Source of the DNA: Candidatus Gastranaerophilales bacterium
GTDB taxonomy: Bacteria > Cyanobacteriota > Vampirovibrionia > Gastranaerophilales > Gastranaerophilaceae
Length of the DNA: 64,000 nucleotides
Assembly (NCBI GenBank): GCA_900770525.1
Contig: CAAHDT010000010.1
Span: forward strand, 8,679-72,678
Direction: 5' to 3'
The notes below the pieces were generated by a model. The model had not been told where the DNA came from. It was given only the letters and a program-made list of their open reading frames with translations, and did not search any database. Below, one piece after another: positions 47,741 through 56,076 of the stretch. Both the position numbers and the translations under genes were made by a program. Position 1 is the stretch's first letter. Each line of letters opens with the position of its first letter.

Positions 47741-47977
47741 TTAGTGTTTCTTTCTTAAAACAATTTCGTATTCAAGAATATCTAAAATTTCAGACAACTC
47801 GGATACCCGAAAAGTTTTATTCCGCAGTTTGTTGCTTAAATTTCTGTTGCTATCTGTTTTGTTATACTTTTTGTTAACAAGTTCTTTAACTTTTTTGACG
47901 GTTAATCCTTCCAGTGCAGAAAGATATTTTATCTGTTGTGCGAGATTTTCAGTTTCAAGTTTAATTTCTCTGTCCAT
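47741..47977 (-). CDS. Small hypothetical protein, possibly a Cro/C1-like HTH
   Basis: The LTVKKVKEL...LSNKLRNKTFRVSELSEILDILEYEIVL pattern resembles an XRE HTH. Weak call. Confidence 0.3.
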   Translation of the reverse strand: MDREIKLETENLAQQIKYLSALEGLTVKKVKELVNKKYNKTDSNRNLSNKLRNKTFRVSELSEILDILEYEIVLRKKH

Positions 47978-48086
47978 TCAAAAATGATACTATTCAATAA
48001 TGTATTATGACAACATATATTGACTTAGTTCATTATATAATGTATTATGTGTATATTGTGATGAATTACTATGACAGGAGATGTTT

Positions 48087-48806
48087 ATGACCCATAAAAA
48101 GGAACATGCGTTTACACTTGCTGAAGTTTTAATAACGTTAGGTATAATTGGAATTGTTGCAGCTCTTACAATGCCTATGCTACTCTCTAATTACAGAAAG
48201 CAAGTTGTAGAAACAAGGCTTGCGAAGTTTTATTCGGCAATGAATCAAGCAATACAACAATCAGAAGTTGTCAATGGACCAAAAGAATATTGGGAACATC
48301 CTAAAAATGGTTTTCTGGAAGATGAAGAAGGAAATATAGATAAAACTCAATCAGCATCAATGGCTTGGTATAAAAAATACTTGGCTCCATACCTTAAAGT
48401 TACAGACGTTAGGGTGAATGATGTGATTGGTAATTTAGAAATATATTTTCCTGATGGTAGTTTAGTATTAATATGTGATGCTTCTTGGCAATTTTGGCCT
48501 GAAGCTAAAAATTTTCAACAATATAGCGTTGATGAAACAACCGGTGAGTCGAAAAACAATTACAAACCATCAGGAATTAAATATTTTACTTTCATGTTTT
48601 GGCCATCCTGGAAAGAAAACAAATATAGTTATAAACATGGTATGGAAGCTTATGCAAGTTCTTCTTGGGATGGAAAAAGAGAGTCATTATTTACTGACAA
48701 CGGTATAGGCTGTAAGGAAGTTGTTACAAATGAAAGAGCGTATTGTACAAGATTAATACAGATGAATGGTTGGAAAATACCTAAAGATTATCCATTAAAG
48801 TTCTAA
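48087..48806 (+). CDS. Prepilin-type N-terminal cleavage/methylation domain protein, paralog of the 6270-7010 gene
   Basis: GGAG RBS 6 nt upstream of the ATG at 48087. N-terminus HAFTLAEVLITLGIIGIVAALTMP. C-terminus AYCTRLIQMNGWKIPKDYPLKF, shared with the paralog (YCTALIQYNNWKIPKNYPFK). Confidence 0.6.
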   Translation: MTHKKEHAFTLAEVLITLGIIGIVAALTMPMLLSNYRKQVVETRLAKFYSAMNQAIQQSEVVNGPKEYWEHPKNGFLEDEEGNIDKTQSASMAWYKKYLAPYLKVTDVRVNDVIGNLEIYFPDGSLVLICDASWQFWPEAKNFQQYSVDETTGESKNNYKPSGIKYFTFMFWPSWKENKYSYKHGMEAYASSSWDGKRESLFTDNGIGCKEVVTNERAYCTRLIQMNGWKIPKDYPLKF

Positions 48807-48825
48807 GTTGGAAAATCGCAAAAAG

Positions 48826-48866
48826 TATACCAAAAGAGGAAGTTTTAAAACTTCCTCTTTTGGTAT
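48826..48866. terminator. Strong bidirectional terminator between the convergent prepilin-like gene and the SNF2 gene
   Basis: ACCAAAAGAGGAAGTT-TTAAA-ACTTCCTCTTTTGGT, a 16-bp perfect stem. Confidence 0.6.
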
Positions 48867-48878
48867 CAAATAAAATTA

Positions 48879-51848
48879 TTAAGCTGACAACGTAAATATT
48901 TCGTAAATTTCGTCATCTGAAAGCTCGGTAATAATCTTTTCACCTTCGTAAACTGCTAAGTCAGCAAGTTCTTTTTTAGCTTTTAGCATTTCATCTATTT
49001 TTTCTTCAAAAGTACCCAACGTAATCATTCTATGAACCATTACGTTCTTATCTTGACCTATACGGTATGTTCTATCTGTTGCCTGATCTTCTACCGCCGG
49101 ATTCCACCACAAGTCGTAGTGAATAACGTTAGTTGCACTAGTCAAGTTCAGCCCTGTACCGCCGGCCTTTAATGACAATATCATTATTTTTGCATCATTA
49201 TCAGTTTGGAATCTGTTAATTAACTCTTCCCTTTGAGGAACAGTCAATGACCCATGGAAGAACAACGGTTCAGTATTGCATTCGTTTGCAATAACCTTGC
49301 ACAAGATATCGCCCATCTCTTTATATTGTGTAAAGATAAGAGTCTTTTCGCCATGTTCAAGAATGTTTTCAATTGTAGAAATACATTTATCCATTTTTCC
49401 TGAAAGTTCTCGACTCATTTCACCTGATTTCAAGAACTGGTAAGGGTGGTTGCATATTTGTTTCAAGGCAGTGATAAGTTTGAAAATATTTCCTCTTCTG
49501 TTTATACCGGAAAATTCGCTTATCTTTTCCATCATTTCGTTTAAAGTTTTTTCGTAAAGGACTGCTTGAGGTTTTGATAAGTAACAGTATTCGTTCAAAA
49601 CCATCTTTTCCGGCAAGTCAGTAATAACGTGTTTGTCTGTTTTTAAACGTCTTAAAACAAACGGTGATACAGACATTTTAAGTTTTGCAGCTCTAGAATT
49701 TTCCTTAAATCTTTCAATTGGGATTGCGTAACTCTTTTGAAATTCTTTCAAGCTGCCGAGATATCCTTGGTTAATAAAGTCAAAAATACTCCACAACTCA
49801 GTAAGTCTGTTTTCAACAGGAGTACCGGTCATCGCAACTTTGACATCAGCCTTCAGGGTTTTAATAGCAAGAGTTTGCGCAGTATCAGGATTCTTAATAT
49901 TTTGAGCTTCATCAACAATAACCATACCCCATTGATGTTTTTTCAATTCCTCTACATCAATCCTCATAATCGCATAAGTAGTTAATATAACATCATGATT
50001 AACTTCTAATTTTCTTTCTGTTCCGTGATAAACAACCGCGTCAAGAGATGGGGCAAACATTTGCAATTCCTTCATCCAGTTCCCCATCAAGGTTGTCGGA
50101 CAAATTACAAGAACAGGCTTTTTAAGTTTTTCATCTTCTTTAAGTTTCAATATCAAACTAATAACCTGAATAGTTTTACCTAACCCCATGTCATCTGCCA
50201 TACAAACGCCAAAACCTTTTGTAACGTTTGTCCATAGCCATTTTAAACCGGTCATCTGATAAGGTCTTAATTCTCCTTTTAGTGCCGCAGGAGGTGCAAC
50301 ATCTACAGGTTTTGTAAAGTCTTGGATGATTTTTGCATAAGCTTCATCATAGTCAAAATCGTATTGCGCCAATTGACCTGACATAGAAGCGTGTAACAAA
50401 TCCATTCTGGATAGTGATTTAAAGTTTGCTTTTGCGATTTCTTCAAAAATCTTTTTACTTTCTTCCTTGTCAATCAAAACGTACTTATTCTTGTACTTAA
50501 TTAAGCCGTTATTGTTTTCAACAAGCTTATTAAACTCTTCAACAGAAATTTTTTCATTACCGATTGCAATTTCATAAGAAAAATCAAGAATATCATCCAA
50601 AGACATTTTAGAAGAAGCTGTGTTATTAAAGATATCAGCCAAATCTTGAGAACGAGAAGCCTTAACTTTCGCATTGATAGACGCCCTTGGAATAACAATA
50701 TTAACAAGTTCTTTCGGCAATATAACTTCGATTTGCGCTTTTTGGAGATAATATGCTGTTTGAGTGATAATTTTATAAACTTCATTCAAGTTCAAATCTA
50801 AATATAGTTTCTCTTCATCATCAAATAAATTTTCCAATTCCGGCATATATCTGATTGCATAATTTAACTGTTTTTCAACTATTCTTGCTATATCTGATGC
50901 GTTTGCATCAAAAACTGTTTCTTTGTGATACAAGTCGTCCATCAAGACACTTTCATCAGTTTTTCTGTTTTTAATATGAACTTTTAAGCGAAACAACTCG
51001 TCTTCAACTTTTTCTATTTTAAAGAACGGAATAACATCATATTTACCCAAATACAGTTCGTCAAACCATTGAGAGAAGTTTTCGGCAATCTCAATTCCGC
51101 GCATTGTTGCACGTTGTTCCAAATCTTTTATCATATAAGTTCCGGATTTTACATCTTTAAACTTATAAGCTTTTATGCCCAAGAATTTATAAATAACATA
51201 GTTTAAATAATTATAGATAAAATCTCTAACAAAATTGTCAGGTTTTTCACCTTTAATAAACAAATTATCCGGAATATTTTCCTCAAACATATTTATAATT
51301 CTTGCGACTTGTTGGTTTGGAATAATCGGTTCATAAACAATTTTGAACATTGAACCATGAGTCTTTACAACCGGAATAAAATACAATTTTTCAATCAATT
51401 TCATTACAAAATGCGCTAAAGCATTCATATAAATGAATGTAGGCGTCAAAGACTCCATATCAATTACATCAGAAAATCCACCGAAATAATCCATAACCAA
51501 ATCTAAACTCATTGCATACCCGACATATTCCCCCATAACCTGAGAGCGAAAGCGGAACAAGGAACCTTTAGATTTTAAATAATATTCAAAATTATTTGTC
51601 GGAGTAATAAAGAAAGATAATTTTCCACCTTCATTAACAAGAAAGAAATTTGTGTTTCTTGCAGGAGCGTGAGGACTTACGAACACATCCTTAAACTCAT
51701 CTTCAACAGTTTGGTATATCAAACTCAATGTATAACGAAAATCTTTATTCTTAAACCCTTCCGGATTTTCAGAAAGGTTAAAAAATAATTCATCAACGTT
51801 ATTCTTTTTTATTGAAAAATCTATGTTTAAAATATCTTCGGTTGCCAT
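48879..51848 (-). CDS. SNF2-family DEAD/DEAH helicase with an N-terminal domain of about 500 aa (YwqA-like architecture)
   Basis: LRPYQMTGLKWLW (motif Q/I region), MADDMGLGKTIQVISLI (motif I), VIVDEAQNIKN (motif II/DEAQ), and C-terminal helicase motifs (LIFTQY...LSLKAGGTGLNLTSATNVIHYDLWWNPAVEDQATDRTYRIGQ). Confidence 0.8.
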   Translation of the reverse strand: MATEDILNIDFSIKKNNVDELFFNLSENPEGFKNKDFRYTLSLIYQTVEDEFKDVFVSPHAPARNTNFFLVNEGGKLSFFITPTNNFEYYLKSKGSLFRFRSQVMGEYVGYAMSLDLVMDYFGGFSDVIDMESLTPTFIYMNALAHFVMKLIEKLYFIPVVKTHGSMFKIVYEPIIPNQQVARIINMFEENIPDNLFIKGEKPDNFVRDFIYNYLNYVIYKFLGIKAYKFKDVKSGTYMIKDLEQRATMRGIEIAENFSQWFDELYLGKYDVIPFFKIEKVEDELFRLKVHIKNRKTDESVLMDDLYHKETVFDANASDIARIVEKQLNYAIRYMPELENLFDDEEKLYLDLNLNEVYKIITQTAYYLQKAQIEVILPKELVNIVIPRASINAKVKASRSQDLADIFNNTASSKMSLDDILDFSYEIAIGNEKISVEEFNKLVENNNGLIKYKNKYVLIDKEESKKIFEEIAKANFKSLSRMDLLHASMSGQLAQYDFDYDEAYAKIIQDFTKPVDVAPPAALKGELRPYQMTGLKWLWTNVTKGFGVCMADDMGLGKTIQVISLILKLKEDEKLKKPVLVICPTTLMGNWMKELQMFAPSLDAVVYHGTERKLEVNHDVILTTYAIMRIDVEELKKHQWGMVIVDEAQNIKNPDTAQTLAIKTLKADVKVAMTGTPVENRLTELWSIFDFINQGYLGSLKEFQKSYAIPIERFKENSRAAKLKMSVSPFVLRRLKTDKHVITDLPEKMVLNEYCYLSKPQAVLYEKTLNEMMEKISEFSGINRRGNIFKLITALKQICNHPYQFLKSGEMSRELSGKMDKCISTIENILEHGEKTLIFTQYKEMGDILCKVIANECNTEPLFFHGSLTVPQREELINRFQTDNDAKIMILSLKAGGTGLNLTSATNVIHYDLWWNPAVEDQATDRTYRIGQDKNVMVHRMITLGTFEEKIDEMLKAKKELADLAVYEGEKIITELSDDEIYEIFTLSA

Positions 51849-51869
51849 AATATCTCTTTCTCAGTATAC

Positions 51870-51905
51870 AAAACACTTCCGACATAAATCATGCCGGAAG
51901 TGTTA
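51870..51905 (-). terminator. Hairpin terminator between gpmI and the SNF2 gene
   Basis: ACACTTCCG-loop-CGGAAGTGT 9-bp stem followed by a T-rich tract on the minus strand. Confidence 0.45.
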
Positions 51906-51912
51906 TCAACTA

Positions 51913-53442
51913 TTACTCTTTAATCAATGATTCACCAGTCATTTCAACCGGTTTCTTTACATCTAAAAGCTCTAAAACAGTTGGAGCAATGTTACATAAT
52001 GCACCATCTTCTTTTAAAGCCATACCTTTAGGTGCATTGATTAATACAAACGGAACTTTGTTTGTTGTATGCGCAGTTTGAGGTTTCCCAGTTTCAGCAT
52101 TAACCATAACTTCTGAATTACCATGATCTGCTGTCAACAACATTGTGATACCGTTTCCGACACAAGCATCGGCAATTTTTCCAACACACTCATCAACTAC
52201 GTGGCAAGCCTTAACCGCAGCTTCAAGAACACCTGTATGTCCAACCATATCAGGGTTAGCAAAGTTTACAAGAATGAATTGATATTCAGGATTTTTAATT
52301 GCATCTAATACATTTTCACAAACCTGAGGAGCACTCATTTCCGGCTGCATATCGTAAGTTGCAACTTTCGGAGATGGAACAAGAACTCTTGTTTCGTGAG
52401 GTTGAGGTTCATCAATACCGCCATTAAAGAAGAATGTAACGTGAGCATATTTTTCTGTTTCTGCTGTTCTAAACTGGTGAATACCGTTAGCTTCCAAAAC
52501 ATCGCCCAAAATATTCTTCAAATGTTCTTTAGGGAAAGCTACCGGGAAAGTAAAGTCTTCGTTGTAGCTTGTCATTGTAATATAACAAATATTGTTTAGA
52601 ACTTTCTTTCTTTCAAAACCGTCAAAATCCTTGAAGTTGATAGCCTTTGTAATTTCTCTTGCTCTATCAGGTCTAAAGTTTATAAAGATAATAGAATCGT
52701 TGTCGTGAATTCTGCTTTCTTCGCCACCAATAACTGTAGGAAGAACGAATTCGTCATTATCACCTCTTGCGTAAGAAGCTTTAACTCCTTCACAAGCGGA
52801 ATCAGCTTTTTCACCTTCTCCAAATAGAAGGGCGTTATAACCTTTTTCAACTCTTTCCCAACGATTATCTCTGTCCATAATGTAGTATCTGCCGATAATT
52901 GTTGCAATTGGAGGCAAGTTATATTTTTTCAATTCTTCTTCAACTTTTTCTAGGAATGTGCAAGCACTTTGAGGTGGCGTATCACGACCATCCAAAAATG
53001 CGTGAACATAAACCTTAGTTAAACCTTCATCAGCAGCCAATTTAATCAATGCTAGTAAGTGTTCCAAAGATGAGTGAACACCACCTGTTGAAACAAGTCC
53101 GTAGATGTGAAGTGCGGAATTATTTTTCTTAGCATGGTCGATTGCCATAAGAAATTTTTCATTTTTGAAGAATGAACCATCTTTAATTGCATTGTTAATT
53201 CTTGACAAATCTTGGTATACAATTCTGCCGGCACCGATATTTAAGTGTCCAACTTCACTGTTTCCCATTTGTCCGGCAGGAAGACCGACATATTCACCAT
53301 CTGCGTGAATAGAAATTGTCGGGTAATTTTTTTCTAATTTTGTCACATTTTCAGCGTGAGCTAACTTTGTAGCATCAAATTCCGGATGATTAGCACTTAT
53401 GCCCCACCCATCCATAATACATAATAATACTCTCTTTGTCAT
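51913..53442 (-). CDS. gpmI: 2,3-bisphosphoglycerate-independent phosphoglycerate mutase
   Basis: 509 aa. MDGWG, the catalytic Ser region (MGNSEVGHLNIGAGR) and the C-terminal metal-binding motifs (ADHGN) are all typical of iPGM. Confidence 0.9.
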   Translation of the reverse strand: MTKRVLLCIMDGWGISANHPEFDATKLAHAENVTKLEKNYPTISIHADGEYVGLPAGQMGNSEVGHLNIGAGRIVYQDLSRINNAIKDGSFFKNEKFLMAIDHAKKNNSALHIYGLVSTGGVHSSLEHLLALIKLAADEGLTKVYVHAFLDGRDTPPQSACTFLEKVEEELKKYNLPPIATIIGRYYIMDRDNRWERVEKGYNALLFGEGEKADSACEGVKASYARGDNDEFVLPTVIGGEESRIHDNDSIIFINFRPDRAREITKAINFKDFDGFERKKVLNNICYITMTSYNEDFTFPVAFPKEHLKNILGDVLEANGIHQFRTAETEKYAHVTFFFNGGIDEPQPHETRVLVPSPKVATYDMQPEMSAPQVCENVLDAIKNPEYQFILVNFANPDMVGHTGVLEAAVKACHVVDECVGKIADACVGNGITMLLTADHGNSEVMVNAETGKPQTAHTTNKVPFVLINAPKGMALKEDGALCNIAPTVLELLDVKKPVEMTGESLIKE

Positions 53443-53579
53443 AATCTTATAATCCCCTATTTATATTCGTACTATGGAATTGATTATACAAAGGACATAA
53501 AATAATTACAAGAGCAGATTTTGAGGCAAACATTTCGGTTAATAACGCCATACAATTATTTTTCGTGTATAATTTTATT

Positions 53580-54932
53580 ATGAATATTTTACAGGAATTT
53601 GACACAATTACAGCAATCGCAACTCCAATCGGAACAGGTGGAGTTGGAGTTATAAGAATATCAGGAAATGATAGTTTTAAAATCATAGAAAAGATTTTTT
53701 CTAAACAAGGTTTAATTGCCGGAAAAATCTATCACGGCTGGATTTCTGACAACGGCAAAAAAATTGATGAAGTAATAGTTTTGCCGTTCAAAGCTCCAAA
53801 CAGTTATACCGGAGAAGATGTTATAGAAATTCACTGCCACGGTGGAATTAACGTTGTTCGAAATGTTTTAAATATAACATTAAGTAATGGAGCACGTTTG
53901 GCAGAACGCGGAGAGTTCACAAAACGCGCATTTTTAAACAGAAAAATGGATTTATCACAGGCAGAAGCCGTTGCAGACTTAATCCACGCTAAAACTAAAA
54001 ACTTCGCAATCCAGTCAGCAAAAAATCTTTCCGGAGTTCTTGGTGAGAAAGTTTCAGAAATTAAAAAAGAAATTTTTGAAACCCTATCAAGAATTGTTGC
54101 CGGAATAGACTTTCCTGAAGATGTTGCAGAACCCGATTATTCATACCTTGTCAATCACTTTGAACACTCCATAAGCGAAATAGATAAAATATTATCTTGT
54201 GTAAAAACATCAGATATCCTAAGGCAAGGCGTAAAAATTGCAATCGTAGGGAAACCTAATGTCGGGAAATCCTCCCTATTTAATACGCTTTTAAATATTG
54301 AACGAGCAATTGTTACAGACATTGCAGGTACAACCCGAGATGTCCTCAAAGAAAACCTTGACTGGGTTGTCGCAATCACTCTCATCGATACAGCAGGTAT
54401 CAGAGAAGGCGAAGATGTCGGAAAAGTCGAAGAAATCGGAATTGAATATTCAAAACAATCAGCAAAAGAAGCTGACTTGGTTTTATTTATGTTTGACTCT
54501 TCAAGAAAATTTGAAGAAGAGGACTCCGTTATATGGAATTTTGTAAAAGATAAACCACACTTGATAATTGCCAACAAATCTGATTTGCAAACTTACAATA
54601 ATGATTTACCGTTTGATAATAAAGACATTATCCGTATTTCAACCCTAAAAAATAACGGAATTGAAGAATTAAAAAATAGAATCCAAAACATTGTTTGCAA
54701 TTTTTCTACAGAAGAAACAGAATTTATAACAAATCAACGCCAAGAAGAATGTCTAAAAAAATCAAGAGAAAGTCTTATTCGAGCTCTGAATGCAGCAAAA
54801 ATGGAAGAGCTTCAAGATATGATTTCAATTGATTTGAAATCAGCACTCCTTGCGTTAGATGAAATCACCGGTGAAGTTATTACAGATGATATTCTGGACA
54901 ATATCTTTTCACATTTTTGTATAGGGAAATAA
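53580..54932 (+). CDS. mnmE: tRNA modification GTPase MnmE
   Basis: N-terminal THF-binding domain (TIAAIATPIGTGGVGVIRISG). G-domain GKPNVGKSSLFN...DTAG. C-terminal CIGK motif. ATG at 53580, with an alternative GTG at 53565. Confidence 0.85.
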   Translation: MNILQEFDTITAIATPIGTGGVGVIRISGNDSFKIIEKIFSKQGLIAGKIYHGWISDNGKKIDEVIVLPFKAPNSYTGEDVIEIHCHGGINVVRNVLNITLSNGARLAERGEFTKRAFLNRKMDLSQAEAVADLIHAKTKNFAIQSAKNLSGVLGEKVSEIKKEIFETLSRIVAGIDFPEDVAEPDYSYLVNHFEHSISEIDKILSCVKTSDILRQGVKIAIVGKPNVGKSSLFNTLLNIERAIVTDIAGTTRDVLKENLDWVVAITLIDTAGIREGEDVGKVEEIGIEYSKQSAKEADLVLFMFDSSRKFEEEDSVIWNFVKDKPHLIIANKSDLQTYNNDLPFDNKDIIRISTLKNNGIEELKNRIQNIVCNFSTEETEFITNQRQEECLKKSRESLIRALNAAKMEELQDMISIDLKSALLALDEITGEVITDDILDNIFSHFCIGK

Positions 54933-54944
54933 GTATTAAAAAAG

Positions 54945-54990
54945 CAACATACCGTAATGTATAAAACTTTACGGCACATTGCTTTTATAT
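54945..54990 (+). terminator. Imperfect hairpin terminator after mnmE
   Basis: AAAGCAA..CCGTAA-loop-TTACGG..TTGCTTT, a two-part stem followed by a T-rich tract. Confidence 0.35.
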
Positions 54991-55006
54991 TTCGAGGTTG
55001 TAATTA

Positions 55007-55225
55007 TTACCAACAAACATCTAGTTTCCTGCCTAAAGGAGAAGTTCCAGCCGGAACTCCATCTGAGTCAACAGCTCTTGGATGAGCAGGAGAATAATTC
55101 TGAGCTGAAAATGCGAATGATTTCGGAGTTTCTGCGTGAATTGGAGATGTCGCAGCTTGCGCAGGTGCTTGAACTCTTCGCAAATCAAATACGTTTAATG
55201 CATTTAATGCTTGAATAGGTTGCAT
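55007..55225 (-). CDS. Small Pro/Ala/Ser-rich ORF (72 aa) inside a GC-rich island. It could alternatively be a structured RNA.
   Basis: ATG at 55225 with an AAGGGGTGA SD at a 7-nt spacing. The product MQPIQALNALNVFDLRRVQAPAQAATSPIHAETPKSFAFSAQNYSPAHPRAVDSDGVPAGTSPLGRKLDVCW is predicted to be disordered. An overlapping antisense ORF (54979-55218) exists, but it lacks an RBS. Confidence 0.25.
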   Translation of the reverse strand: MQPIQALNALNVFDLRRVQAPAQAATSPIHAETPKSFAFSAQNYSPAHPRAVDSDGVPAGTSPLGRKLDVCW

Positions 55226-55335
55226 AGAAATCACCCCTTAATTTGTCCCTTACACATATATAAAGTATTTTAAGACTTGAAAATTGCCATTTTTAACAAA
55301 TAAGTTTTAACAATTCTTCACATTGTGTTTAAATA

Positions 55336-56076
55336 TCAACGATAAATCTTATCACCTATTTGAACCTGCTTTACATACATATCTTCGCAAGCACCATAAC
55401 CTCTGCTTGTAGGATCTGTATCTGTTCTGGACAAACTTGTTTTAGCTACTGTTTCAGTTTTATCAGTGTAAATATCTACAAGATAACCATCAAGTTTTAC
55501 AATATCATTTTTCTTAATTGCACTAAGAGCTTTCATAACATTCTTAGTTGCCGGAATCATGTGGGTGTGAGAAACATGATAGCTAACATAATCTACATTC
55601 CATGGAGATTTTCTCACATCTGGACAATACCAGCTAAGTCGGCGAGCTTCTCCAAGTGTTTTTTGAGATTTAAATGTCCAATTTTTATATAATTCAGTTT
55701 TGTTTTTACTCAATTCTCCCCAAGCAATCCCTAAATCTACCAAACATATATCATCAAAATTATTCCTCATTAAATCCCGAAACCAAAAGTTTGTGTTTTT
55801 CGCAACAACAAGTCCTGAAATAGAATATTCTGCTTGTAAATTTAAAATAAAATTCTTTCTTTCTCCCTTAGCTTTTATATAATCTTTTCCATTTAAATCA
55901 CGTTGAATAGGATCGTTTGATGTATCAATGATTGAAGTTGCTTGAGAGGTAACTTTAGGATTTAAATACTCAACCCATAATCCTACATCAGTAATCATTG
56001 AGCATACTACAAGTAATAAAATTCCATAAAAGCATACTGCTCCAAAAATATTTAATATTTTTTTCTCCATTAACAA
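55336..56076 (-). CDS. Hypothetical membrane-anchored protein (N-terminal TM helix with an extracytoplasmic domain)
   Basis: ILNIFGAVCFYGILLLVVCSMI is the anchor. No recognised domain. Overlaps the upstream histidine kinase stop, indicating operon coupling. Confidence 0.45.
   Translation of the reverse strand: MLMEKKILNIFGAVCFYGILLLVVCSMITDVGLWVEYLNPKVTSQATSIIDTSNDPIQRDLNGKDYIKAKGERKNFILNLQAEYSISGLVVAKNTNFWFRDLMRNNFDDICLVDLGIAWGELSKNKTELYKNWTFKSQKTLGEARRLSWYCPDVRKSPWNVDYVSYHVSHTHMIPATKNVMKALSAIKKNDIVKLDGYLVDIYTDKTETVAKTSLSRTDTDPTSRGYGACEDMYVKQVQIGDKIYR

Noticed and set aside
54979-55218. Plus-strand 79-aa ORF in the GC-rich island treated as a real gene
   Set aside because: It has a TTG start with no Shine-Dalgarno sequence, and it begins inside the predicted mnmE terminator hairpin. 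The antisense ORF has a good RBS. The conflict is kept as an open question rather than called.
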